Virus record (IMG/VR): IMGVR_UViG_3300032307_000723
Location: 32,001 to 96,000 of that record
Length of the DNA: 64,000 nucleotides
Reading direction: 5' to 3' (one strand)
DNA from: a virus
In this document: positions 28,030 through 38,144 of the stretch, in pieces
Position numbering within the stretch: the stretch's first letter is position 1
Layout of the letters: each line of letters opens with the position of its first letter
Notes under the pieces: model-generated
What the model was told of the DNA's origin: nothing
Database searches by the model: none
What the model saw: the letters and a program-made list of their open reading frames with translations, nothing else
Translations under genes and position numbers: made by a program

Positions 28030-28910
28030 TTAGGGAAACCTAATACGTTCTTAGAAATTTTAGATTATCCATATAGTACTTCGGTATTATAAAAACGATA
28101 ATGGGTGGTATATCATCCTTAAATAAACCGGGAAACCGGGATAAAGTGAATCTGTTGTGTTGACAGGTTTGCGGTCTCAGAAATGGGACTCGAGTATACA
28201 AGTCGGATATCACCTGACCTTCAGTATTGAGGGCAACGCTTTAGAGAAAGTGGTTGGGTGACCGGGCGATGTGGGTCGTCAGGTTGAGGAGGGAACTCCA
28301 ATAAGAATAACCGATAGGAACCAAACAAGAAATTAGGTCATCCAACTTAGTAATTGTGGGTTCCAATATCAGAGAGGACTTAAAACCGAAAGGTATGATA
28401 GAGAACGAGTGGTGTCGCTACTATCCTTACAAAACATCTACCAAGGTGTCAGTTTGAAGTAATCTTAAAATATGAGAGTGGGGACACTCTACCGAGTAGA
28501 TTAGTATTTTGTTGTTCAAAAGATAACGAAGCTTACGACAGACCTCTACTTGGACACATCCACGACACATTTAACTTATAGGATATTTTAAGTAAAACTA
28601 AAAGATACATAAGCAAAAGTGTCTGTCAGGTATCATCGACAAGGTGACTACATAGTAACGAGCCGTTCGTTGCACAGGATGACCGCAAGTCTGAATGTAT
28701 TCTTACGAAAAACCTCTAAGGAGTCGAATCCCGAGTCAGTCCGCAAGATTGAAGAGAGTTGAATAATAAGAGAGTAGATGATATCTCAAGGAGTAATTGG
28801 TCTAACCAATTGTCACTGAGAATTACCATTCAAAAGATGGTGGAAAAGAAGGGAAACTATAATCCTTCCGAAGATTCTTAATAACACGAGTATTCTCATC
28901 GTATTAGCCA
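28030..28910 (+). ncRNA. GOLLD-like large structured RNA (~0.88 kb)
   Basis: No ORF, raised GC, many tetraloop hairpins (TATAGTAC-TTCG-GTATTATA, CCGG-GAAA-CCGG, GTCTCA-GAAA-TGGGAC, GGAG-GGAA-CTCC, ACC-GAAA-GGT, GAGTG-GGGA-CACTC, two GCAA loops); 3' region GAGTAG..TCTCAAGGAGT..GTCACTGAG..TCAAAAG..GAAGGG..AATCCTTC recalls GOLLD; adjacent to tRNA-like genes; own promoter and terminator. Confidence 0.7.
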
Positions 28911-28912
28911 AA

Positions 28913-28945
28913 GAGGTGTTACATTAATTTGTAACACCTTTTTTT
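28913..28945 (+). terminator. Intrinsic terminator ending the large ncRNA
   Basis: AGGTGTTACA/TGTAACACCT stem plus T-run. Confidence 0.8.
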
Positions 28946-28977
28946 GTTTATATGAATTTTTATATTATATTTGCATC

Positions 28978-29259
28978 ATGAGAAAAGTAAAAACAAAAGA
29001 TTCGGAAAGAATCTATACCGGACAATTTCGTAAAAAAAGAGTATTATCAATCTTTCCATTTATTATTATGGATGGAATAAAAAGTGATTTCCATTGGACC
29101 GGAAAATGGTTCCAATATGTTACGGTCAAACAACAAAAGATAAAAGACCGTTATTTGGAGTTCAATGAAGGGAATTACCAAAATTATTGGGGTAAATGGG
29201 AGACAACTTGGGTTTTTACCAAAATTATGAAAAATGAACAAGTCAATAAACATTATTAA
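28978..29259 (+). CDS. Hypothetical protein
   Basis: 93 aa ORF behind TATATTTG box 28966-28973. Confidence 0.65.
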   Translation: MRKVKTKDSERIYTGQFRKKRVLSIFPFIIMDGIKSDFHWTGKWFQYVTVKQQKIKDRYLEFNEGNYQNYWGKWETTWVFTKIMKNEQVNKHY

Positions 29260-29671
29260 TAAGAAAGCCAGATTTGAATATGAATTTCTACAGACTGAGA
29301 TTTGCGGTATTCAATTGGTAGGTTCTGAGGTTAAGTCAATCCGTCAGGGAAAAGTATCCATATCTGAAGGGTATTGTTATTTCAAAGATGGTGAGTTATT
29401 CGTAAAGGGTATGAATATATCTGACTACGGGTTTGGTTCATTTCATGAGACCGTTAGGGACCGTAAGTTATTATTAAAACGAAAAGAGTTGAATGAATTG
29501 GAATCAAAACTTATCAACGGACTTACCATTGTTCCTCATAGAGTGTTTCTTAATGGTAAAGGATTGATTAAAATGGAGATTGTTCTTGCTAAAGGTAAAA
29601 AGATTCACGATAAAAGAGAAAGTATTAAATCTCGAGACATTGACCGGGATATGAAAAGAGTTCAACTATGA
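29234..29671 (+). CDS. smpB: SsrA-binding protein SmpB
   Basis: NKKARFEY, GIQLVGSEVKSIR, RDRKLLL, LTIVP, KMEIVLAKGKKIHDKRESIK. Confidence 0.93.
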   Translation: MNKSINIINKKARFEYEFLQTEICGIQLVGSEVKSIRQGKVSISEGYCYFKDGELFVKGMNISDYGFGSFHETVRDRKLLLKRKELNELESKLINGLTIVPHRVFLNGKGLIKMEIVLAKGKKIHDKRESIKSRDIDRDMKRVQL

Positions 29672-30555
29672 ATGTAATTTGGGTTGCTGAAGACATTAAA
29701 AAAGATGGTACGTTTAAACAAAGTAAACCGGAACTAATGTGTACGGTTTCTTGTGTTTTATTCGTGAAACATTATTATCCGGAATTTAAAAGAATATTTT
29801 TTGTGGATGATTTCACCAAAGAATATTATAATCAATTTGGTATTTTAGAATTGTTTGATGAGGTTAACGATACCTTATTGAATGAACCGATTGATATTGA
29901 TAAAGAAATATTTTGGGCGGCTAGTAAAATTATGGCACAAAGAATAACTCCCGGGCCAACCATTACATTTGATTTAGATTTTAGGATTTATGATGACATA
30001 TCTAAATTAGGTGTGTTTGATGGAGATGTAAGTTGTTTGTGGTTAGAAGAAATTAATAACGAGTTTTATGGGAAACCGGAGAATCTCTTAAAATACCCAA
30101 ATTTAAAATGGGATTTTAATTGGACAGACAATGCTCTGAATGTTTCATTTCTTTATTTGAAAGATGAAGACTTCAAGAATAGATATTGTGATTTGGCGTT
30201 AGAGTTCATGAAATCATCATATGGTAGAATCCCCAAAAATTTAGATAGAGTACAGAACAATAAGTTTATATTGTTTATTGAACAATATATGTTATATCAG
30301 TTGTGTTTAAGTCATAATCAGAAGGTAAAATTATTGATAGATGATTTCTATCCGATTAAAGACAATATCGTGAGCGGGTGTGGTGTTAATATGAGTACTT
30401 GTTGTAATCATTTTTACCATTTTGGAGACCATAAAAAATTGATGGAGATAGATAACGAGTTCTATTGGAATGAAGTTAACCTATGTTACGAAATCACAAA
30501 TAAAAATATTAGTGATGAATATGGGCTAAATGTATTTAATAAAATTTATAATTAA
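29668..30555 (+). CDS. Putative nucleotide-sugar transferase-like protein (DUF6734-like)
   Basis: IFWAASKI...TFDLDF DxD-type motif. Confidence 0.55.
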   Translation: MNVIWVAEDIKKDGTFKQSKPELMCTVSCVLFVKHYYPEFKRIFFVDDFTKEYYNQFGILELFDEVNDTLLNEPIDIDKEIFWAASKIMAQRITPGPTITFDLDFRIYDDISKLGVFDGDVSCLWLEEINNEFYGKPENLLKYPNLKWDFNWTDNALNVSFLYLKDEDFKNRYCDLALEFMKSSYGRIPKNLDRVQNNKFILFIEQYMLYQLCLSHNQKVKLLIDDFYPIKDNIVSGCGVNMSTCCNHFYHFGDHKKLMEIDNEFYWNEVNLCYEITNKNISDEYGLNVFNKIYN

Positions 30556-30578
30556 GTGATAAATAACTAATTATAGTA

Positions 30579-31097
30579 ATGAAAGTTACTTGTGGGTTAA
30601 CATATTATTATGAGGATTTTATTACTATTGAAGAACAAAGATTCTTAAGTGAATGGGTATTAAATAATGAAGAAAATTTAATTCCAAATCCAACGGGACC
30701 ATATCGTAAAAGAAAAGTATTAAATAAATTACCGGACTATCCAAACATTTTAACTGAATTAAAAGAAAGAATTATACGATTGGAGAATCTTAATATTTCA
30801 GAAGATATTATAACAAATGGTGACCAAGATATTGTTAGTGTTCAACGAAATATGGGAATGGTTCCGGAACATATTGATTATGATAGGATTGAAGGGTATT
30901 ATTTGAGGAGATATAATATATTTGTTTCTTTACCTGAAGAAGGTGGATTACCCGTATATGATGGGAAGGTTATTGAGTTGAAGGAAAGATGTGTGTTGAA
31001 AGTAGATGCTGGATTAATATCCCATTCGACTACTAAAATAAATGGTGAGATACCTCGTATAATGTTATCTTATGGTTTTAATATAAAAAGAATATAA
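30579..31097 (+). CDS. 2OG-Fe(II) oxygenase
   Basis: HID (HxD), EEGG, distal H (SHST), R (RIMLSYG). Confidence 0.78.
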   Translation: MKVTCGLTYYYEDFITIEEQRFLSEWVLNNEENLIPNPTGPYRKRKVLNKLPDYPNILTELKERIIRLENLNISEDIITNGDQDIVSVQRNMGMVPEHIDYDRIEGYYLRRYNIFVSLPEEGGLPVYDGKVIELKERCVLKVDAGLISHSTTKINGEIPRIMLSYGFNIKRI

Positions 31098-31154
31098 TTT
31101 TATTTGTGAGTTTGTAAAAAATGATTATCTTTGTCCCAATAAAAAGATATAAAA

Positions 31155-31433
31155 ATGGAATTACCTAATTTTAATGTTAAGATTCAAAGTGAGAAGTTTG
31201 GAGTTTTGTTAAATGAAAATTTTTTTGACAGAACTCAGTTCAAAATATTTATCAGTATGGTTCAAGGGTCTATTGAATTAAAAAATGATTTTACATTTTT
31301 TAACGGGAATGATTTTTTGGTTCATATTCCTCACAAATATTTAATTGAATCTATTGTAACAACAAGTATGGATTTATCATTGACATTAACTGAGCACATG
31401 GCTAAAAAAATGAAATTAGAAGAATCTATTTGA
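31155..31433 (+). CDS. Hypothetical protein
   Basis: 92 aa ORF behind TATCTTTG box 31126-31133. Confidence 0.7.
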   Translation: MELPNFNVKIQSEKFGVLLNENFFDRTQFKIFISMVQGSIELKNDFTFFNGNDFLVHIPHKYLIESIVTTSMDLSLTLTEHMAKKMKLEESI

Positions 31434-31490
31434 TTTCCAAGTTAGATTAAACTTGGTGGTGGAGTCGGTACAAACTAGTACAGACCTAAA

Positions 31491-31519
31491 AAAAGGGACA
31501 TTTAGTCCCTTTTTTTTTT
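31491..31519. terminator. Bidirectional terminator
   Basis: AAAAGGGAC/GTCCCTTTT between convergent genes. Confidence 0.75.
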
Positions 31520-32015
31520 ATTGTTGTCTATCAAACCAAATCCCAAATCCACAATTTTCCCTGATAAAATCAAAACATTCGTCTCTTATGTTGTCAATCA
31601 TTTCATCAAATTCACCCCATTCACCCATTCCTAAATTTTCGTAAATTTCATCCATGTTTGAATCATACTCTTCACCATTTTCATCAACCCCGGTTAATCT
31701 ATTATCACCCCAACTCCAATCAATAAGAACTGCGTCTCCGGTTTCGTCTAAATCAATTCTTGATTGATGTATCTCAAGGTAAATATAATTGCGATTCTCA
31801 CTATCCAAAGGTACTCTAATCCCTTTTCCGTCTTTGTTTAGTTTGGAAAGTGCTCTCTCAGTAAATTCATTAGCTTTTATTTCTCCAACTTCTTTTATCA
31901 AATCAGGTAAAAAATTATCTAAATCATAATCCATCGACCTGGCTATTGACATTGTATTGGGACTAGGATATCCCATCTTATTCATTACTTTTAAAAATCT
32001 ATTTAACTCACTCAT
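31518..32015 (-). CDS. Hypothetical protein
   Basis: 165 aa ORF. Confidence 0.7.
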   Translation of the reverse strand: MSELNRFLKVMNKMGYPSPNTMSIARSMDYDLDNFLPDLIKEVGEIKANEFTERALSKLNKDGKGIRVPLDSENRNYIYLEIHQSRIDLDETGDAVLIDWSWGDNRLTGVDENGEEYDSNMDEIYENLGMGEWGEFDEMIDNIRDECFDFIRENCGFGIWFDRQQ

Positions 32016-32029
32016 TTGTTTTAATACTA

Positions 32030-32881
32030 TCAGCTAAAATTACTCAGGTTTTGAAATGGTATATTAATAACAACCATACCATTTTGAGTTATTTTAAGTT
32101 TAGGGTTATCATCGTGTCCAAAACAATAGACCTCATTGGCATTAAATCCTTTTTTGAACTCAAGATAATTATCATCACCATAATACTTAATAACTAAGTA
32201 ATTGTTTTCTTGATGATAATTTTCGGTTGTTGTTATTGGTACCAAAGTATTTTCAAATTCAATTGATTCTTGATTTAACTTTTTATTCCAACTTGCAATA
32301 ACTTCTATTTCGTAATTCCAATCATCAGTTTCAATCTCACCGATTTCATCACATTCTTGACAAGGTTCAATTCTACTTCCATAACATTCAGGACATTCTT
32401 CAACAGTATTACCATGACATGAAGAACAAGTCCTAAGACCATCACCATTACAATCCCAACATGATTCTTCTTCATTATCAGGGTCAATACCACTACCATT
32501 ACAGGTATCACAAGCAACTTCTCCGGTTGCGTCACATTCTTCACAAGGAGCTTCTCCAGTTCCATCACAGGTATTACATTCAACTTGTCCATCTCCTGCA
32601 CAAACTTCACATAATTCACGGTGATTAGACCCATCACTAAATAACATGTATAGGAATATTAAATCGTTTAGTATTTCTTCTCCTAATTCAAAAGATTGTG
32701 TTTTTTTATATGAGTAGATTAGAAATGTTAATTTAATGATGTTTTCTCCACCTATTATTTCAAAATAATCCAATTGTTTCTTTGACAAAGTTATCAATTC
32801 ATCATAGACATCTTGAGGTGTCTCAGAATATTTTACAATATCTTCAAGTCTAATAGCAATTTTTTTTAATTTTTCGTTCAT
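32030..32881 (-). CDS. Protein with tandem CxxCxGxG (DnaJ-type) zinc-finger repeats
   Basis: CEVCAGDG, CNTCDGTG, CEECDATG, CDTCNGSG, CWDCNGDG, CSSCHGN, CPECYGS, CQECDEIG. Confidence 0.8.
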   Translation of the reverse strand: MNEKLKKIAIRLEDIVKYSETPQDVYDELITLSKKQLDYFEIIGGENIIKLTFLIYSYKKTQSFELGEEILNDLIFLYMLFSDGSNHRELCEVCAGDGQVECNTCDGTGEAPCEECDATGEVACDTCNGSGIDPDNEEESCWDCNGDGLRTCSSCHGNTVEECPECYGSRIEPCQECDEIGEIETDDWNYEIEVIASWNKKLNQESIEFENTLVPITTTENYHQENNYLVIKYYGDDNYLEFKKGFNANEVYCFGHDDNPKLKITQNGMVVINIPFQNLSNFS

Positions 32882-32959
32882 ATTATGTTAAATATTAACA
32901 ATAAATAGATTTGTTTTAGGAAAGATATTAATTATATTTTTATTATAAACTCGTATAAT

Positions 32960-33247
32960 ATGTCAATTAAAATTAAAATCACAGAAGAAGAAATTTTGAG
33001 TAAACCAAATGACTCTGAATTAGGGTCATACATTAGATATAAATACTTGGTTCAAAAGGACTCATTAAAACAAGAGAAGGATGTGTTATCTCTTGGACAA
33101 ATACCCGATGACGAACCGGAGAGATGTTTGGTTTGTGGTGAATTCACACCATACACTAAAGACACTCATGTTGATTTTAGGGTGGGTTATATTAGAGGGG
33201 CTGGTCAAGGATGTTACACACCAATAAAATGTGAAAAAAATAATTAA
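32960..33247 (+). CDS. Hypothetical protein with Cys motifs
   Basis: ERCLVCG...RVGYIRGAGQGC. Confidence 0.65.
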   Translation: MSIKIKITEEEILSKPNDSELGSYIRYKYLVQKDSLKQEKDVLSLGQIPDDEPERCLVCGEFTPYTKDTHVDFRVGYIRGAGQGCYTPIKCEKNN

Positions 33248-33305
33248 ATTGTTTTGTGGTTTAAATTAATTCCTTATCTTTGTACTCAATAAAAACCACT
33301 ACCAT

Positions 33306-34040
33306 ATGTCACACACTACCATTTCAAAAGTTCGTAATTATCAAGGAAACAATTCATTTGTAAATAAAATGAAAGATGTTGTTAACAAATACGGTTCATT
33401 AACCGTTAAACAAGTTGAAGCAGTTGAAAAATGTCTTAAATCTACTGCGGTTGTTGAGACTAAAGAATTACCTGAAGACGTTAAGAGAATTGTTGATTAC
33501 GTAGGTGAGAACTCTTTTGTTAAAGAGATTGGTTCTAAGTTCAAAAAGTATGGTACTTTAACTGAGAAACAAATCTCAGCAGCAATTAACCAAATTCAAA
33601 AAGAAGAGGATAAAGAAAGAACGATTCGTATGAATTGGCCGACAATCGGTGAGACAATTAAAATCACTCGTAAAGTTGGGGAAGAGTTGAAAAAAACTTA
33701 TGACCTTCAATTCAATCCTATCTTACTTGATATTACAAGATTGAAAGCAGTTAGTCCTAAAGCAGTTCAGTTTGTCGGTAAGATGACTGTTAACCGAGGT
33801 AAAGTTTGTACTTGTTGTGGTAGAACCCTGACTGATGAGTTCTCAATGTTAACCGGAATTGGTAGATTATGTGCAAAACACATCGGGGTTGAATATATCA
33901 CTGACCGAAGTCAAGCTGATAGATTCCGTAACGAATACCTTGACAGAGTTGAGGAAATTGGTGAGATGGAGTTTTGGATTCCAAAATCACAAATTGTGAA
34001 GTGGGACGGAATTACAGAGAAAATTTTAAGAACAATGTAA
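33306..34040 (+). CDS. Hypothetical protein with DUF6011-like zinc ribbon
   Basis: CTCCGRTLTDEFSMLTGIGRLCAK; TATCTTTG box 33275-33282. Confidence 0.65.
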   Translation: MSHTTISKVRNYQGNNSFVNKMKDVVNKYGSLTVKQVEAVEKCLKSTAVVETKELPEDVKRIVDYVGENSFVKEIGSKFKKYGTLTEKQISAAINQIQKEEDKERTIRMNWPTIGETIKITRKVGEELKKTYDLQFNPILLDITRLKAVSPKAVQFVGKMTVNRGKVCTCCGRTLTDEFSMLTGIGRLCAKHIGVEYITDRSQADRFRNEYLDRVEEIGEMEFWIPKSQIVKWDGITEKILRTM

Positions 34041-34050
34041 ATTATAGGGT

Positions 34051-34383
34051 ATGAGTGGAGGAGCTTTTAATTATGACCAATACAAGATTGGTTATATGGT
34101 TGACCAAATAGAGGAGACGGTGGTAAAGAACGGGGTCGAGAAGACCCCGGAAGACCTAAAAAATGAAGGTTGGAGAGACCCTGATTGGTATAAAAAATAC
34201 CCGGAGGATTTGTTCCATTACAAATATCCTGATGAGGTTATTGAGAAAATGAAGGAAGGTATTGAAGTTCTTAAGAGAGCTCAGATATATGCTCAAAGAA
34301 TTGATTGGTTGTTATCGGGTGATGATGGTGAGGAATCATTCTTGAGAAGATTGGAAGAAGAGTTAAATGAATTAAACAAATAG
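34051..34383 (+). CDS. Hypothetical phage protein
   Basis: MSGGAFNY...RIDWLLSGDDGEESF. Confidence 0.7.
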   Translation: MSGGAFNYDQYKIGYMVDQIEETVVKNGVEKTPEDLKNEGWRDPDWYKKYPEDLFHYKYPDEVIEKMKEGIEVLKRAQIYAQRIDWLLSGDDGEESFLRRLEEELNELNK

Positions 34384-34385
34384 TT

Positions 34386-34625
34386 ATGGGAAAAATTGAT
34401 AATACTGAGTTAGAGTTTTATTTTTTTATGAAAGGTCAATCAGGGTCATTTCATACAAACCTATTCAAGACGATTATGAGTGCCGATTTTGGTAATCAAT
34501 ATAAACTTGCATTCGGTTTTCCGGATGAGGTTACGGTTGTCCAAAGATATCAGAAAGAAGATGGTTATTGGGAATCACTACAAGATAAATTCGAAAAGAA
34601 ATTTAATGAAAACAAAGAAGCCTAG
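34386..34625 (+). CDS. Hypothetical protein
   Basis: 79 aa ORF. Confidence 0.65.
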   Translation: MGKIDNTELEFYFFMKGQSGSFHTNLFKTIMSADFGNQYKLAFGFPDEVTVVQRYQKEDGYWESLQDKFEKKFNENKEA

Positions 34626-35853
34626 TGCGATAGTTTACGGGTGGCATAAAGAAGGGGAAGAGATATTAGTTTCGGATGTTTATTTTCAAGAAGGGTTAGA
34701 GGATGAAGTAATAGTTTATTCTCTACCCTATACTGATGCTGTATTGGAAGACTATTCAAAGTATCAACCGGATTTAATTATATCAATTAATCAAGATATT
34801 AATGTTCCTCACGAATACCTTAAAAATAAACATATTAATGTCGAGGAACCATTACCTGATAATATTATTGCGAATATTATAGTATGTCAGGCGGTGTTTA
34901 AATCTTGTGAGGTTAATCGACCAAGGTTTTCTGTTTTTACACCTGTATATAAAACTGGTGAAAGGATTTTTAGAACCTATGAAGGATTAAAGAACCAAGT
35001 GTTTGATAATTGGGAATGGATTGTTGTTGATGATTCTCCTGACGAAGAAACTTGGAAATTACTAAAAGAAATATCAAATAATGATTATCGAGTTAAACTA
35101 CATAGAATTTATCCATTGTCCGGTGGTAACATTGGATTAGTTAAACATAGGGCGGCTATGTTGGGTGAGGGAGATTGGTTAGTAGAACTTGACCATGACG
35201 ACTATCTTACCAACGAATGTTTATTAACTTGTAATGACGCTATTGAAAAATTCCCTGATGGTAAATTCATATACACAAATTGTGCTGAAATTTACGATGA
35301 TGGTGAACCAAAATACTACGACCACGATTGGACCGGTAATTGGTATGCGAGAGAAGATAACTATTTTGATTTTGGATACGCAGGACACTCTTGGGTGAAT
35401 GTAGATGGTATTGATAGACTTGCTCATCACTACCCGGATATTAATCCATTAACTATTAGATATAACATTAGTATGCCAAACCACGCTAGAATGTGGGAAA
35501 GAAAATTGTATCATGAAATTGGTGGGCACAATACTAAAACTCCGGTTGCGGATGATTTGGAAATTATTATAAGAAGTTTTTTGAATACAAGGATGATTCA
35601 TGTAAAAAAAGTGTTATACTTACAATACAACAATAAAAATAGTACGGTGGATAATAATGCCAACGACATTAACCGAAGAGCCCGATTAATTCGTGATTAT
35701 TACGACAAGGCTATTCATAACCGAATTATAGAACTAGGATTTCATGATTGGAATTGGATAGAAGAGGATGAACATTCTCAAAAATATCAAAACCGATGTC
35801 CAATTAGAAAGTACTATGACGAAGAACAAGTAATGAATTACATTTATGAATAA
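34606..35853 (+). CDS. Glycosyltransferase family 2
   Basis: FSVFTPVY, WEWIVVDDS, LVELDHDD, ADDLE; ATG at 34606. Confidence 0.85.
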   Translation: MKTKKPSAIVYGWHKEGEEILVSDVYFQEGLEDEVIVYSLPYTDAVLEDYSKYQPDLIISINQDINVPHEYLKNKHINVEEPLPDNIIANIIVCQAVFKSCEVNRPRFSVFTPVYKTGERIFRTYEGLKNQVFDNWEWIVVDDSPDEETWKLLKEISNNDYRVKLHRIYPLSGGNIGLVKHRAAMLGEGDWLVELDHDDYLTNECLLTCNDAIEKFPDGKFIYTNCAEIYDDGEPKYYDHDWTGNWYAREDNYFDFGYAGHSWVNVDGIDRLAHHYPDINPLTIRYNISMPNHARMWERKLYHEIGGHNTKTPVADDLEIIIRSFLNTRMIHVKKVLYLQYNNKNSTVDNNANDINRRARLIRDYYDKAIHNRIIELGFHDWNWIEEDEHSQKYQNRCPIRKYYDEEQVMNYIYE

Positions 35854-37003
35854 AAAAACAAGAATTTGTTTAAATGCAATGGTTGGTAATGAAGCCAAAA
35901 CCATAACAAGAATGTTGGAGTCCGTTGTTCCACACATTGACTATTACGTAATTCAATGTAATGGTAAAGAAGATAACACTCGAGAAATTATTGACAATTT
36001 CTTCAAGGAGAAAAACATTCCGGGTTATACTTACGAAACCGAATGGAATTTCCCTGGATTCAACAGAGACCATACACTTCAAGAGTGTTTGAGAGCTGAC
36101 CACCAATGTGATTGGATTCTTAGAATGGATGCTGATGAAAGACTTCATGTTGATGATAACTTTGATTGGAGTGTTCTTGATGACACGTCAGTTGATAGTT
36201 ATAATATCACTGCTCAGGCGGGAGATACAAGATATTTCAGAACTTGGTTTTGGAATGCTAAACGACCTTGGTTTTTCCAACATGATAAAAGACATGAAAC
36301 AATTCATTTGCCTGAAATTGGAGAAGGGTTTACGAGATTTAACATGCCTTACGGGTTTAGACATTTGGTCTCTCAAGATGGTGAGACTTGGGATGTCCCA
36401 AGAAAATTTCTTAAAGATGCTTTAGAATTAGAAATTGATAAAGTTGTTGGGTATAAAGTATTAGACGACCATTATCATTTATGGTATCTTGCTAAGAGTT
36501 ATGCAGATTGTTATGGTAATCCAAATGAATTACCTTTTGGTCAAACTCATTCAGAAGAATACGCTAGAAGGTCTATATGGTATTTTAGTAGATATTTTGA
36601 AGTATCTCATAATTGGGATGGGAATGGAGTTCCCGAAAGAGAAGATGAAATGGGATATTTTGCGTTAATATTGATGGCTCAGGCATATGACTTTATGAAA
36701 GAGTATGAAAAATCAAAAAATCATTACATGGCCGCTGAGTTATTCATTAAAGACAGAAATGAACATTTATTATATCATTGTTTTTCATTGGAACAACAAG
36801 GTAAATACGATGAAATTTTACCTATAATTGATAGAATGAGTATTCCTGAAAAAATTAATCCATTCCCAAATAGGACCTTTTTAATTGAAGACAGAGCTTA
36901 CCTTAACACAAGTAATTTTTTAAATGAATATAAATCAAATATTCAAAGAAGAATGAGTGAACATAGAGTAAATATGGATAGTGTAACATTTGATTTTAAA
37001 TAA
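35846..37003 (+). CDS. Glycosyltransferase family 2 with TPR-like C-terminus
   Basis: ICLNAMVGNEAKTI, WILRMDADE, HE motif, helical tail. Confidence 0.8.
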   Translation: MNKKTRICLNAMVGNEAKTITRMLESVVPHIDYYVIQCNGKEDNTREIIDNFFKEKNIPGYTYETEWNFPGFNRDHTLQECLRADHQCDWILRMDADERLHVDDNFDWSVLDDTSVDSYNITAQAGDTRYFRTWFWNAKRPWFFQHDKRHETIHLPEIGEGFTRFNMPYGFRHLVSQDGETWDVPRKFLKDALELEIDKVVGYKVLDDHYHLWYLAKSYADCYGNPNELPFGQTHSEEYARRSIWYFSRYFEVSHNWDGNGVPEREDEMGYFALILMAQAYDFMKEYEKSKNHYMAAELFIKDRNEHLLYHCFSLEQQGKYDEILPIIDRMSIPEKINPFPNRTFLIEDRAYLNTSNFLNEYKSNIQRRMSEHRVNMDSVTFDFK

Positions 37004-37005
37004 GA

Positions 37006-38121
37006 TTGAAAACAAAACCAAAATATGATTATTTGATAGTTGGAGCCGGAATATTCGGCTCTACTTGTGCGTATGAATTAACTAAACGAGGTAAAAAATG
37101 TTTAGTTATTGACAAGAGAGATGTAATTGGTGGGAATTGTTATACCGAGAATGTGGATGGTATTCACGTTCATAAGTATGGGGCACATATTTTTCACACC
37201 AATGATAAACATTTGTGGGATTATGTGAATCAGTTTACAGAGTTTAGACAATACACTCATAATGTGATTGCCAATTATAAAAATAAGATGTTTACATTAC
37301 CTTTTAATATGTGGACATTCAACCAACTATGGAATGTTAATGAGCCTGAAGAGGCCAAACAAATTCTAATGAGCCAAACATATTCCGGTGAAATAACAAA
37401 TCTTGAGGAACAAGCCTTATCAATGGTTGGTAAAGATGTTTATGAAAAACTAATTAAAGGTTATACTGAGAAACAATGGAATCGACCTTGTGATGAGTTA
37501 CCTTCATCAATAATTAAAAGAATTCCGGTTAGGTTTACTTGGGATAGTAATTATTTCAGTGATAAATATGTTGGAATGCCGGTTGGGGGTTACACTCAAA
37601 TATTTGAAAAAATGTTAGAAGGTTGTGATGTGATGTTGAATACCAATTACTTCCAAGACCAACTATCATTTGATTTGATGGCTGATACGACAATATACAC
37701 CGGACCAATAGATACATTCTTTGGGTACAAATATGGTAAATTAGAATATCGTAGTTTAAATTGGGTAACCAAAAAACTTGAACAGGATAACTTTCAGGGT
37801 GTTCCGGTTATGAATTACACAGATAATGAAACACCATTCACAAGAATATTGGAGCATAAATGGTTTGACCCACAGAACCAAAAGGGTACAATTGTTAGTT
37901 ACGAATATCCAACAGATTACGATGGTACCAACGAACCATATTATCCAATTAGAGACAATAAAAACGTTGAAGTATATGAGAAGTATAAAGATTTAACTAA
38001 GTCACTTAAAACTCACATATTTGGTGGTAGATTGGGTTCCTATGTTTATTATGATATGCATCAAGTAATTGCACAAGCGTTAAAACTAATCAAGGACCTT
38101 GACAACACAGAAACAAAATAA
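37006..38121 (+). CDS. glf: UDP-galactopyranose mutase
   Basis: DYLIVGAGIFG, IGGNCY, HKYGAHIFHT, KGYTEKQW, YTGPID, EPYYP, FGGRLGSYVYYDMHQVI. Confidence 0.95.
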   Translation: MKTKPKYDYLIVGAGIFGSTCAYELTKRGKKCLVIDKRDVIGGNCYTENVDGIHVHKYGAHIFHTNDKHLWDYVNQFTEFRQYTHNVIANYKNKMFTLPFNMWTFNQLWNVNEPEEAKQILMSQTYSGEITNLEEQALSMVGKDVYEKLIKGYTEKQWNRPCDELPSSIIKRIPVRFTWDSNYFSDKYVGMPVGGYTQIFEKMLEGCDVMLNTNYFQDQLSFDLMADTTIYTGPIDTFFGYKYGKLEYRSLNWVTKKLEQDNFQGVPVMNYTDNETPFTRILEHKWFDPQNQKGTIVSYEYPTDYDGTNEPYYPIRDNKNVEVYEKYKDLTKSLKTHIFGGRLGSYVYYDMHQVIAQALKLIKDLDNTETK

Positions 38122-38144
38122 TATAATTAAATAAAACTTAAGAG

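Noticed and set aside
27100-29230. tmRNA expected next to smpB
   Set aside because: No GGGG-type 5' end paired with a T-arm/CCA 3' end around a tag ORF was found; the tRNA-like elements all have D stems, which tmRNA lacks
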